NCBI GenBank assembly: GCA_025786725.1
Contig: JAHLTZ010000025.1
Coordinates: forward strand, 186,001 to 250,000
DNA from: Syncephalis fuscata S228
Lineage: Eukaryota; Fungi; Zoopagomycota
Reading direction: 5' to 3'
Length of the DNA stretch: 64,000 nt
Both the position numbers and the translations under genes were made by a program. Numbering within the stretch: position 1 is the stretch's first letter; the number at the start of each line of letters is the position of its first letter. Positions 13,661 through 24,522 of the stretch are shown here, in pieces. The notes under the pieces were generated by a model that saw nothing but the letters and a program-made list of their open reading frames with translations, did no database searches and had not been told where the DNA came from.

Positions 13661-14715
13661 TACTTTATTGTACACTATAAATGTATTAGTCAAATGTGTA
13701 AACACGCTAGCAATATCCGTAACTATTACTTTAATGTATTATCAATTTTGTTAACTAGTGGTGAGTACAAATTGATAACTGTTGTTATAAGTTATTTTTT
13801 CATATTATTGGTTTAGCTTTAAGTTATAATCCAAAACTTCTTTTCTTTATACTTATTTTAAATACATCTAAATCTAAGTAAATAGCTAAAAGAAAGTATG
13901 TAATATTAGTAATAAAAATATAATATTTTATTTATATGTTGAAGTAGACCAAGTTAAAATATACAAAGAATAAAGCATAAAATAACACGGAGAAAACGAC
14001 TAGACAAAATAATTAACATTGCTAATAATGGCGAATTTATATTTTATGCAATTAAACAATTGAAATAAACTAAATAGGCCTATGTTTATAACAAATACAG
14101 CTGACGATAAAAATGATCTTATTAATAGTGTGCAAGCAATAAGCGGTATGATGATATCCAATATAATAAAATATGTAGCAATAAAGACATGAGCAGTGGT
14201 GTTGAAATTATATTGTATATAACTCAATGAATGAAAAGTTAAAAGCTATAACGAGTAAAACTAACCATCGCAATAGTTTTTGACATAATGTTATTAGTTT
14301 ATGATATGAGCAAAAGTGGAACAGCATTATCATGGTATATGAATGTGGAGAAGATAAAAATAAATAGTAGAAGTATCTGAATAGGAATGAGGGTAGAAAA
14401 GCCATGCCATCTTGTCAGGTCAGATAGCACAAACATAAACATTACAATATCTTTTATAATGGTAATAATACTCATGATGGATATCCAGTGGGTTCCAGAA
14501 TTGAATCTGACTATCGTTTCAAGTCAAACAAACGATATGTTACATTTAATTGCTATCTTTTATTTACTTTCAAGCGTTTTATTGTTTAATCTATATTATA
14601 ACACCAAAATTAGTAACTTTGACGACAAATAGAAGTTAAAAAAACAATATGATCTTAGATGGTGTTTTATAGCTTTATTTAGTCCAATTATTCAAATAGT
14701 TGTTCAAAAAGCAAT

Positions 14716-16707
14716 CTATAACGTATCGCACTCTCGCCCAATAAGCCGGGCGTTTTTATGTGGTGGCATAACGTACTCAGTAATGCGATTACAGCCCCAA
14801 ATCTTTAACACTAAAAGATTTGGACATTTTGCGTACAGCATTTCCAAGTGCGTGTCATCGATTGCACGACACCATGACAAATCCAGCCAACTAAGATTTG
14901 GGCAGTTGCCTGAGAGTGCTTCTAATACAGCATCGTCAGTCTGGTGTATACCATTAAGATTTAATTTGCACAGTTGTTCGCCGCTGTACTGTAGCACCGG
15001 CACAAGGCTTTTGGACGTTAATTCTAAACAGCGGGCTACATTAAACGATACAAGACCATGTTTCGATCCCTTAGATACCGGCATTGTAGTTAGCCAATGC
15101 TTGAACAATGCATCAACTCCATCGTCGGTTAAATTTGTACAATCAGCAAGCGATAGTTCACGTAATTTGTGACAATTGTATGCAATGCCGTCGGTTAGCA
15201 TTTTGTCTGTCAGCTGGATACCATTAGATAAATCAAGTTTATGCAGCTTCGGGCCCAATGCGCGTAAAACTGCAATAATAGTATCATCGGATACTTGACT
15301 TGTCGTGCCAGAAAGGTTTAATGTAGTCAGTGTGCCACGAGCTGATGCATCTGCTAGCCTCAGAATGTCAGCGTCACCAAGAGCATCACATCCACGAAGC
15401 TCAAGCTCTTCCAACTGACTGCATTTTTCAACCAAAGCAGTAATTGCTCTAGTCGACAGTCGTGCTGAGTGACCGACCGAAAATAAACGTAGTCGTCCAG
15501 ATACTGCTGTTACTAGTTTTTCAAACGCTGCGTCCGTCACTAGAAATGGACCGTGCAATGTAATTGAATGTAGATTTGTTAAATGGTCAGCGTAAAACTC
15601 TGTCGTTTCGGGCGATAAACGTCCGCAGTAGCGGAGTAACAATGTATGGATACTAGGACAAAAATGTGCTACATTCTTCAGATCATCCTCGTCCAATTCT
15701 ATCGTATTAATTTAGCAATTATTAAATTGTTTCCAATGAGTAAAATACTTACTGGTGCAGTCGTAAAGCCGAATGGCCGAGTTTGAAGGATTTAAAAACA
15801 TTTTTAAAGCAGCTGGTGAAAGTTGACGATGTTTACAAATGATTTGACAGATTTTATCCATAGTCTTTTCGTTTAGACTGCCCAACGAGCTTAAATTGGT
15901 AATGTTTTCGCCGATAATCTACTCATTAGAAAGTCAGTCCAGCAAGTCTTTTATGAGTGCTATACATAATAAATCAGCTCACCTTGATACACGCGTTTCT
16001 TAATGACACGACAGGGTCGTCTTCAGGCAGCCACCAAGTAGAATTATTGCCTTTACCACCACGACGTCGTCCACGCGTATCCAACTCAAGTTCCGGCACT
16101 TTACCAGCTTTAGCCGAGCAGTCAAGGCACAGTCGTCCGCCATTTGGTAATGACCGAGAAGCGTCGGTAACCGTGAATCGACGGCGGCATTGTTTGCAGA
16201 ACACTAAGTCGGATTGACCGGCGCTGCGGTGCCGCTTGTTGCTACTTGCATCTAATTGAAATTCGTCCTCGCTGTCCGAGTAACCTTGTTGCTTTCTGCG
16301 TAGAGCAGCACGTCTTTGCCGCATAGCTTGACCAATGTCGGCAATTGGGATTGTAGTTGATGCAGTCATCGGTGCATCTTCTACTTTGACGTCTTGCTGT
16401 CGCTGACGACGACTATTGCGCGTTTTAACCATTGGTTCTGGCGAACTTTCCTCTTTAACTTTTACGGCTTTGGATACTTTCTTTTTGTCCTCTTTGCTGC
16501 TATCGTTGTCGGAATTGCTGGACTCATATTCGAGTGGACGAGGCTTTGCAGCTTTTGGACTTAACATACTCATGTTACGCGGCTTAATACCTCGTTCCTG
16601 TAGACGTTAATACATTGTCAATGAAGTTACAGTAAACAGCGCTGTATAATACTTGCGCGAAGAAAATCGCTTAACGCGGACGTAGGTCCCTTTACGCGAT
16701 TGCTCAT
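14716..16707 (-). CDS. RAD7: Nucleotide excision repair protein Rad7 (LRR/RNI-like), 4 exons
   Basis: MSNRVKGPTSALSDFLR|ERGI N-terminal motif, CxxC..RRFTVT...LCLDC zinc motif, VVSLRNACIK, then cysteine-containing LRRs ending LIGRECDTL. The first intron is GC-AG (16598-16656). Confidence 0.9.
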
Positions 16708-16855
16708 TTTGCTTGCTTGTCAGAAAAGTAAAAAAACAAAGCGTGTGTATGTGCAAAAATAACGGCTAAGTAAAATTTAAGACCCATACTGTTCCATTTT
16801 AACTTGTCTTTTTGCACACAATTTAATCTAATTACCAAAAAAGAAATAAATAAAT

Positions 16856-18031
16856 GGGAAATTAGAAAAATACACCGTTTTTAAAATTTTACCATAATAC
16901 ATTCCCCTTTTTAAATTTCTTTATTAATAAAATCATTTTTGTTTGCCCCACACCTCGTTTTTTGTAATGACGTTTACCACAGATTAGATACTCTTTAATG
17001 GTATGTTTTCTTTTTTTATAGCTGTTTCAATACTATTAGTACTAATTTTTATATAACATATTTTGTATTGTATTTTTTGAGTTGCATTTGCCACAGCCAT
17101 ATCTTTAAAAGTCTTTTAACAAATAAAATACGATTGGCATATTGTTAATATAGCTACAATTGATTGAATTACGTAAATAAGCAAAGTTTTAAATTAAAAT
17201 TCATTGCATTTATTGTAATTAGCTTTTTTCCCGTCAGGCAATTTTTCCCATCAGGGATTTTTAGCTTTGCAACTTTTATTATTCAATAATATCATAAATA
17301 CACAATACTATTATTCAAATAATAATAAAAAGGCCTTTTATAATCCAATTATTTAGTTTATTATCAGAATTTATACATTTACGACTTCTATTATAAATAT
17401 ACTAATTTGAGCTATTGTTATAAGTTAAAAGCATTTAATAATAGTAACTTTATTAAAGTGATATTAAAACATTTGATTAAGCTGCTACTTCTATTTTTTC
17501 CCTCGTTTAGTTGCTTGGTCAATATTACATCATTTTATTACTGTTTTTGTAACAATGTCATTATTTTTTTATCGAATCAAAAGCAGACCAAGTTTTGTAA
17601 TAAAAAGTATTAGCATCTATTAAGCTATTACAATTGTTAGTGTATATTAAATAATCAAATATGTAACTAATAATTTTATTTGTACATTTTTGGTTTTACA
17701 GATAAAAATGTAGCAACATAATTTTTAATAAATTTATTGATAAATTTAATAGGTCATTACCAGAATCATATGGACAATCATTAAAATGCTTAATACTGTC
17801 ATCTTGTTGAATCACTATTTTTACTCTTGAGATTGCAACCATTAACAAGCTTAAAATTGTCAACAGCGGCCCTCAATTCTTCAATACTGCTAAATATAGC
17901 TTCTTTAAATAGTTTGGTAGACATTTGGTAGATTTTTCAAAACAATGTATTTCAATAAACAAAATTTAAAAATTAAAAACAAGAAATTTATTATGATAAA
18001 ATTTCAAAACAGTGTATTTTCTAATTTCCCC
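16856..18031 (-). mobile_element. Decayed MULE/MuDR-like DNA transposon with ~45-bp terminal inverted repeats (copy 1)
   Basis: Left end GGGAAATTAGAAAAATACACCGTTTTTAAAATTTTACCATAA is an inverted repeat of TTATGATAAAATTTCAAAACAGTGTATTTTCTAATTTCCCC (17991-18031). The minus-strand remnant from ATG 17924 reads MSTKLFKEAIFSSIEELRAAVDNFKLVNGCNLKSKNSDSTR* (MuDR/FAR1-like DNA-binding start), with KDMAVANATQKI (~17070-17105) and a degenerate zinc knuckle YLICGKRH (~16965-16990). Confidence 0.65.
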
Positions 18032-18362
18032 ATAAATCAGTTATTACTTAGCACTATGATGCTTCTAGCGCCGTTCACTATGTCTTCTGCTTCCGAAAGG
18101 AAATAAATGAACTTTTTTGCCGCTTATAAATTCTTCTACACCTTACAGAAACCAATCGTTGCCTTTGATGATGATAATTTTGGTGTGTCTATGAAAGAAA
18201 AACTATCTGCCCCTACACGAAGAATCACCGAAGCTATCAAGTAAATGGCCAATAGCTCTGGTGGTTCTATTGAGTTTATTTATGTTCATAAATACTTAAC
18301 ACGCCAAGTTTGCAATAAGTGTGAATTTAGAACATCGGAAAATATGACAGCTATTGAATCAA
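18032..18362 (+). pseudogene. Fanzor/TnpB-like nuclease fragment (copy 1, truncated inside the zinc finger)
   Basis: KPIVAFDDDNFGVSMKEKLSAPTRRITEAIK*MANSSGGSIEFIYVHKYLTRQVCNKC. Nearly identical to 34437-34766. Confidence 0.8.
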
Positions 18363-18798
18363 TATGAAATTGTGTTAAATAATTACTGCTAAAAAAAATA
18401 AATATATAATGCATTAAAATAAATTGAGTACGCAATCTAAATTGGTTTAAAGTTTCAAACAAATATATTGTAGCGCATGCGATTAATGTATACAAGCTAT
18501 CGTAAAAGTAAAAATCTACACATTTTACTTTAAAAAATGTAAATTTTCGTCATTTATTGCCAAAATAAAATTTTTCTTCCAAATTCGACATATATCTCGT
18601 GCCTATTCGTGTAAGACTTAAGGGGCAACAGCAGCATGGCTTGTTTCAAAATGAAATGTAGAAAAGCCAAAGAATAAAGCGAAAATGATCTATAAATACA
18701 CTGCATGTTTAACAATTTTGTAGGCTTTTACGATAATACGCTATTTTTTGCATTTACAATTTTACGCGTGGTTTTTTAAATAACAAACTATAGATACA

Positions 18799-20276
18799 AT
18801 GAAAATCATAAAGCAGCATCAACTTACAATATTAAGAAGTGCCTTGGCATTACTATTAACTGTTCAGTCTACATCTGCTATACCGCGTGATGCCGGTTTA
18901 GCCAAAGGTAATTTGTTATATTAGCTGCTTCATGAGTCCATACTAATAATAGCGACACAGAAATATTTGCGGTTGATCCACCGCAACTACCTTTGAGTAT
19001 TGTTATACCTGATGGGTTTAATCAAAGAAACGAGGTATCATGGAGCCAACAACTGAACAGCAAAAAAGTGAGCGTTTTATGCCAAGTGCAATATAATGTT
19101 AATAGCCAATTTCAATTTTCCAGGTATTTATTAAATATTGCTACTATTACAATCATTTAATTAATTACAAAAGCTTAGAATCTTAAACACAGCCAAAGAT
19201 CATTACGAAATGGACATGGAGATCAATATGTTTTACGTCCACAAAGCTCGTTTAATTTCCAAGGCAAATGTTGCCTTATTAAACCTCAATTATCTGATCT
19301 AACGCTAAGCTCGTATATGGGATCTCTGTCGCCTCTTGATAGGGCCAAATTAATTATACCGTTTTTACTAAACTAATACGAGGTAAGACTAGCTGCCATG
19401 CCAAAAACATACACAAGATTACTTAGCACATTTTAACTAGGTATTAATTATATACACAAAGTTGGATGGACCAATATCGACATAAGTGCTTTTGGTAAGG
19501 AATATTATGTTAACATTTAAATATTGCTAAATGAATATTGTAGATGTTGTTGTCAGATCGGATTCTGGGATAAATCCTATTATTAATGTTATGAAGACTA
19601 AGCATCCAAGACGCATTGAAGTTAGAAATGGCATTGTAGTACCGATTGATCCACCTCAAACGAAACTAATATATTTTACGGAATGGATTGAAAATACTCA
19701 AATCGATCCACGTAAAGTTGATTTATGGAAGTTGGTGAGCTTCTTTATGATACTCAATATAGTTTTTATCCTGAGAGATCTGAAAAAACCATTGAACAAA
19801 TCGTTGAAGAGACTTTCTCCAAGATGCCAAACGTACGACCAAATCTTAGTAATACAAAAGAACAATTTAAAAAACTCATGCCTCAGTTCAATGAGCTTAT
19901 TGGAAGAAGCTATAGGTCTGGTTTACCAATAGCGAATAACGATAAAGCTATTTTACTAAATACAAATGGTGGCATTCCCCTAAACAATGTTGATATATTG
20001 TTGTCACCACTCAAGCAGGCTTGGTTAACGGCAGAAATGATGGACTTGCTAAAGGTTGCGCAGGAAAGCATTTTTGGCATTAGCAATTTAGAAACTTGCT
20101 CATTGTTTGTGCTTAATGGATTGTTTCGATTGGGAATATATTGTAAGTCCACCAGCAAGTATACAGAGCATCCAAATGTGTATGCACCCATATTCGATAT
20201 GATAAACAGATTGTTAACAATCGACCCCAAAAAAACGATTGACGCTGGAACAATACTCAAAATAAATTGGCAGTAA
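18799..20276 (+). pseudogene. Secreted protein-kinase-like paralog 1 (several frameshifts: pseudogene or assembly errors)
   Basis: Signal peptide MKIIKQHQLTILRSALALLLTVQSTSA|IPR and kinase C-lobe motifs LIRGINYIHKVGWTNID, IDPRKVDLWKVGELLY, LLTIDPKKR. Indels in A/T runs at ~19362, ~19729, ~20230 and in exon 3. Confidence 0.7.
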
Positions 20277-20883
20277 TTCATGCGTCAATTGTTTACATGC
20301 ATCTTTTCAGCAATCTCAACATAAAACATAACATTATACACTATTGGTTTTAGTAACAAATATTGACATTTGCATTTAACTGTTCGTCATATTAGTATAC
20401 TATACCAAAGGTATTTATGATGGCACAATTAGTGCTAAAATGTTTGCTAGTATCAATAGCTGCTTTTTAGTACAAATAATAAACAAAGTGTAATAATATC
20501 AAATTAAATGGACAATTTACAGTGGTTTCATTTTCTTTAACACCACATTGCAGCGCAACACCGCTAATGCATATTCACTATAGTAAAGCTAGAATTGTAC
20601 ACGTTTTACTTCAAAGTATTTAACACCCAGTCGTCTGCTGCTTAAAATAAAAGAATTTATCCAAATTTAGCATATCTCGCTCGTGGATATTCGGATAAAG
20701 TTTATTAGGCAATAGCAGCATGGCTTATTTGGAATAGAAATACAAAGGGCGAAAACGAAAAATGATGTATAAGTACACAGTTTGTTCTATATTCTTTAAT
20801 ATTTTTTTACGATAAATAGGCCATTTCTTGCACTTACTCTTTTTACACACGGACTTTTTAAAAAATAACGAATTATATATATA

Positions 20884-22343
20884 ATGATAAGCAGTGTTTT
20901 AGTATTGATGCTTATTGTTCAGCTTGTATCTGCTATACCGCGTGAAGCTAATTTACCTTTGGGTAAGTTATTATGCTATATAATTATTCATTTACATTAA
21001 TAACAATAATGCATAGATGTATTTGATCCTGATCCACCGCAACCATACTTTGGTTTTGATATACCTGCTGGATTTGATCGGAATGACGAGATATCATGGG
21101 ATCAGCAATTAAATGACAGAGATGTGAAGGTTCTATGCCGTGTACGAAATAATCTTACTAATCAATTCCGGTTTTTACAGGTGTTTATTAAACACTATTA
21201 ATATTACAAACAGTTAACCAATCACAACATCATAGGATCTTAAGCGCAAGCAAACATCATTGCAAGATGATTCTGGGCGCCATTATGTTACACACCCACA
21301 AAGATCGTTTACTTTTCGAGGCAAGCTATGTTTTGCTATACCTCAATCGCCTAATGAAAATTTAAGTGATTTGTATGCAAGCCATATATCGCCTCTTGAT
21401 AGGGCCAAATTAATTATACCGTTTTTTACTAAACTAATACGAGGTAAGACTAGCTGCCATGCCAAAAACATACACAAGATTACTTAGCACATTTTAACTA
21501 GGTATTAATTATATACACAAGGTTGGATGGACCAATATCGACATAAACGCTTTTGGTAAGCAAACACTGCGCTGAATCTAGATATTGCTAACTAGACATG
21601 CAGATCTTGGAGTTGAACCAAATCTTGATAAATATCCTATTTTTAATGTTATGGAAATTGAACAACTAAGACGTATTAAAATTAAAAATGAAATTATAAT
21701 GCCAATTGATCCACCTCAGCTAGGATTAATATATCTTCCTGAGTGGATTGAAAATACCAAGATTGATCCACGTAAGGTCGATTTATGGAAAGTTGGCGAA
21801 CTTCTCTACAATATTCAATATAGTTTTTATCCTGAACAGACAGAAAAGCCATTTAAAGAACTTATGAATGAAATTGTTTCCAAGATGCCTGACGTACAAC
21901 CAAACCTTAAGAATACACAAGAACAATTCAAAAAATTTATGCCTCACTTCAAGAAGCTTATTAAAGAAGGTTACAGATCTGGTTTACCAACAGCGAATAG
22001 CGATCGAGCTATTTTATTAAATACAAACAGCGGTCTTTCAACAACCAGTATTGATACATCATCGTTTCCACTTAAACAGACTCGTTTAACAGTAGAAATA
22101 TTGGACTTGCTAGTCATTGCGCAGGACAGTATTTTTGGCTTTGGTCATCTTCAAAATTTCTTACAGTTTTTACTTAATGGATTTTTCCGATTGGGAATAT
22201 ACTGTAAGACAAGTTATTCGCATACTACACACCCAAATTTATATAATCGCATATTCGAGATGTTAAATACATTGCTGGAAATCAATCCCAAGAAACGATT
22301 AACGCCGGAACAATATTTGAGGAAAATTGACAGCAATAAATAG
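20884..22343 (+). CDS. Secreted protein-kinase-like (pseudokinase) paralog 2, 5 exons
   Basis: MISSVLVLMLIVQLVSA|IPRE signal peptide. Introns ~20963-21016, 21181-21235, 21444-21501 and 21555-21603 give an open frame. Motifs LIRGINYIHKVGWTNIDINAF, KVDLWKVGELLY, LLEINPKKRLTPEQYL. Confidence 0.8.
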
Positions 22344-22854
22344 TGCAATAATCAATGCTAAAATGATTGAATGATAGCAGAAACAGACAAACGAATACAT
22401 CACAACACTTGCATAATAATAGCTGTCTACCAACTGCATTAGCATTATATGAACGATGCTGCCGTTATTGCGACTCAACATGTTCCAATTAATAGAGTGT
22501 TTGGCACTTATATTTTTGTTGCTATACCCTTTCGCTCAATAAAACATACACAGAAACACACACGCACACGCACACACACGTATATATATTTTATTTATTG
22601 TAATATTGATAATTTTTTTTTGTCCATTATATAATTTGTTGGTATTATTTGATGTTTGGCTGTGAGTGAGCATAGCAACTTGTAAATATGCTTAGCTTTC
22701 CTAATAATAATCCATTTTGTTTAGCACTTACAAAATGAACTGCATGATGATTAGATAATAGCAATGGCTAATTACCAAATTATCAATTAATGATATTGCT
22801 GCGGGATAATATTAAATATTTTAACATTCATTAACGTTTATTATGCTGATTAAA

Positions 22855-23094
22855 TAACAGATAATAGTAATGTATTAGCCAGTTTAAATGGCCGAATGGA
22901 TAGTTTTTAGTGTTAATGCAACAATGGATGTAATATGCTTAAAAATCTACTGACATAACCAGTTGACTAAAATCATCTGCTGAGTATGGCAGCTTTATTT
23001 GATCAAAGCAAATGCATGATGGTTAGTGTGCTGTTGCAGCGTGCCTCAATCCAATAGATTGAATGACACTTCAATTGCATTTAGAGTAAAGGCA
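22855..23094 (+). repeat. Non-coding segment duplicated in inverted orientation at 43624-43835
   Basis: aatatgcttaaaaatctactgacataacc...gatcaaagcaaatgcatgatggttagtgtgctgttgcagcgtgcctcaatccaatagattgaat is a near-exact reverse complement of ~43640-43790. Confidence 0.9.
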
Positions 23095-23574
23095 TCAAAG
23101 TCTATCTAAATCAGAGAATCATTCATGCTAACATCAGTAGCCAATAGACTACAGATTATAGCTGGCATATCTGTAAAATGAACAGCGATTTAGATACAAC
23201 GCCATCTTTCTTATGTATACCACCATGCTATAAGATGTGCCATTTACACAGTGATATTATTATTTGCAGTATGATACTGTAACGCGTAATTGAATGATAT
23301 AACATACCAGCAAAACTATATCATTTAATTCTATGATACTTTTCAAGTTTACTGTATATTATTTCATTAATAGGCTGATACTTACGAGTTGTATGCCACA
23401 AACAGTTACCACTTAGCAGATAGTGCTTCAGGCTGTTTTTCTCGCATGAATATCATTGACCGTAACGAGTTGATCTGCATTCAAATCTAGCATATTGTTG
23501 TTGATGCTATATCTTGCAGCAAACAGCCTAATTGCTATGGAATGTTTATACAAATATTTTGTTTAGAATAAAAA

Positions 23575-23685
23575 TCCTCCTAATGGAGGCAGAAAAATTG
23601 AAATAATCCTTTTAAAGTATTCCCCTACACGGAGCGCTCTAGTAAAGGCGAGAGTGCTGTTCGCTCTGTAGAGGAACCAAGGACA
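23575..23685 (-). ncRNA. U5: U5 spliceosomal snRNA
   Basis: The minus strand reads UCCUUGGUUCCUCUACAGAGCGAACAGCACUCUC-GCCUUUAC-UAGAGCGCUCCGUGUAGGGGAA...AAUUUUUCUG-CCUCCAUUAGGAGG. This gives the stem I architecture, loop I (one U short of GCCUUUUAC), the internal-loop CCG, an Sm site and a 3' stem-loop. Confidence 0.9.
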
Positions 23686-24522
23686 GCACCCGAAGGTGCG
23701 AATGACTAGCTTCAAGACGGCTGTGATTGCAAACCAATTTAAGTTGTCGGAAATGCTAGTGGGATAGGCAATACAGAAATTACTAATTTAAAACTGTCAA
23801 TCAGCAATTTACATTTCATACCCATTGACTATCCTTTTTCATCACATCACAAATGGCTACAATTGTTATTAATATTCGCTAATAAAAAGTTATTATTTTC
23901 TTTCTATACCCCTCGACTACCACTATATACTATGTGTAAAATTTAGAATTGGTGATTGATAGTTTTAAATTATCAATTTAACGTTTTATATCTAATGTAT
24001 ATACTAATATGCTAGTGTCGGAGTTTAGAGTTTGCCTGCTCAACATTTTTGCCACGTATTCACCAAACGAGCAAAGATTAGCCGTCAGGTCAGCTCTATT
24101 AACAATATGATGTTACAAAACCTTAATTAGATTACAACGAAGCTTAATCTGAACTTCGTTAAATCATGGAATTTAGTCAATACTGCCAATAACACTTGGA
24201 TCTATCATAGTATACTGATTATTATATGAATAGCTACACAAATAATTACATAAAAAATAGCTATACAAGTATTATCGACATAATTAGCAATAGCAAAATA
24301 TTAACACTAGTATTACCATTATTATTACTATCATTACTGCATTCAATAACTGATTAGCATATAAATGTATATTTCATAAATAAATAAACTTACATCCTAG
24401 AATTAATTGCTATTTGTTTTATTTGATTTTCAAACCCTTTATTGTAAATATCACTATTTATCCCGATATAACAGCATTGATGTTATTGTGTATAAAGAAT
24501 AGGTTCCTGGGCAGTATTTATA

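Noticed and set aside
8400-14650. Numerous 60-110 aa ORFs in the intergenic interval
   Set aside because: No motifs, no consistent splice structure, and hydrophobic AT-driven or microsatellite-driven composition.
16850-16855. ATAAAT as the target-site duplication of MULE copy 1
   Set aside because: Only 6 bp in very AT-rich DNA. The right-hand ATAAAT is also present inside copy 2, whose left flank differs, so it cannot be accepted as a TSD.
23620-23710. HDV-like ribozyme on the plus strand (hairpin followed by GCGAATG)
   Set aside because: No P3/L3/P1.1 elements could be placed. The stems are explained by U5 snRNA and a UUCG hairpin on the minus strand.
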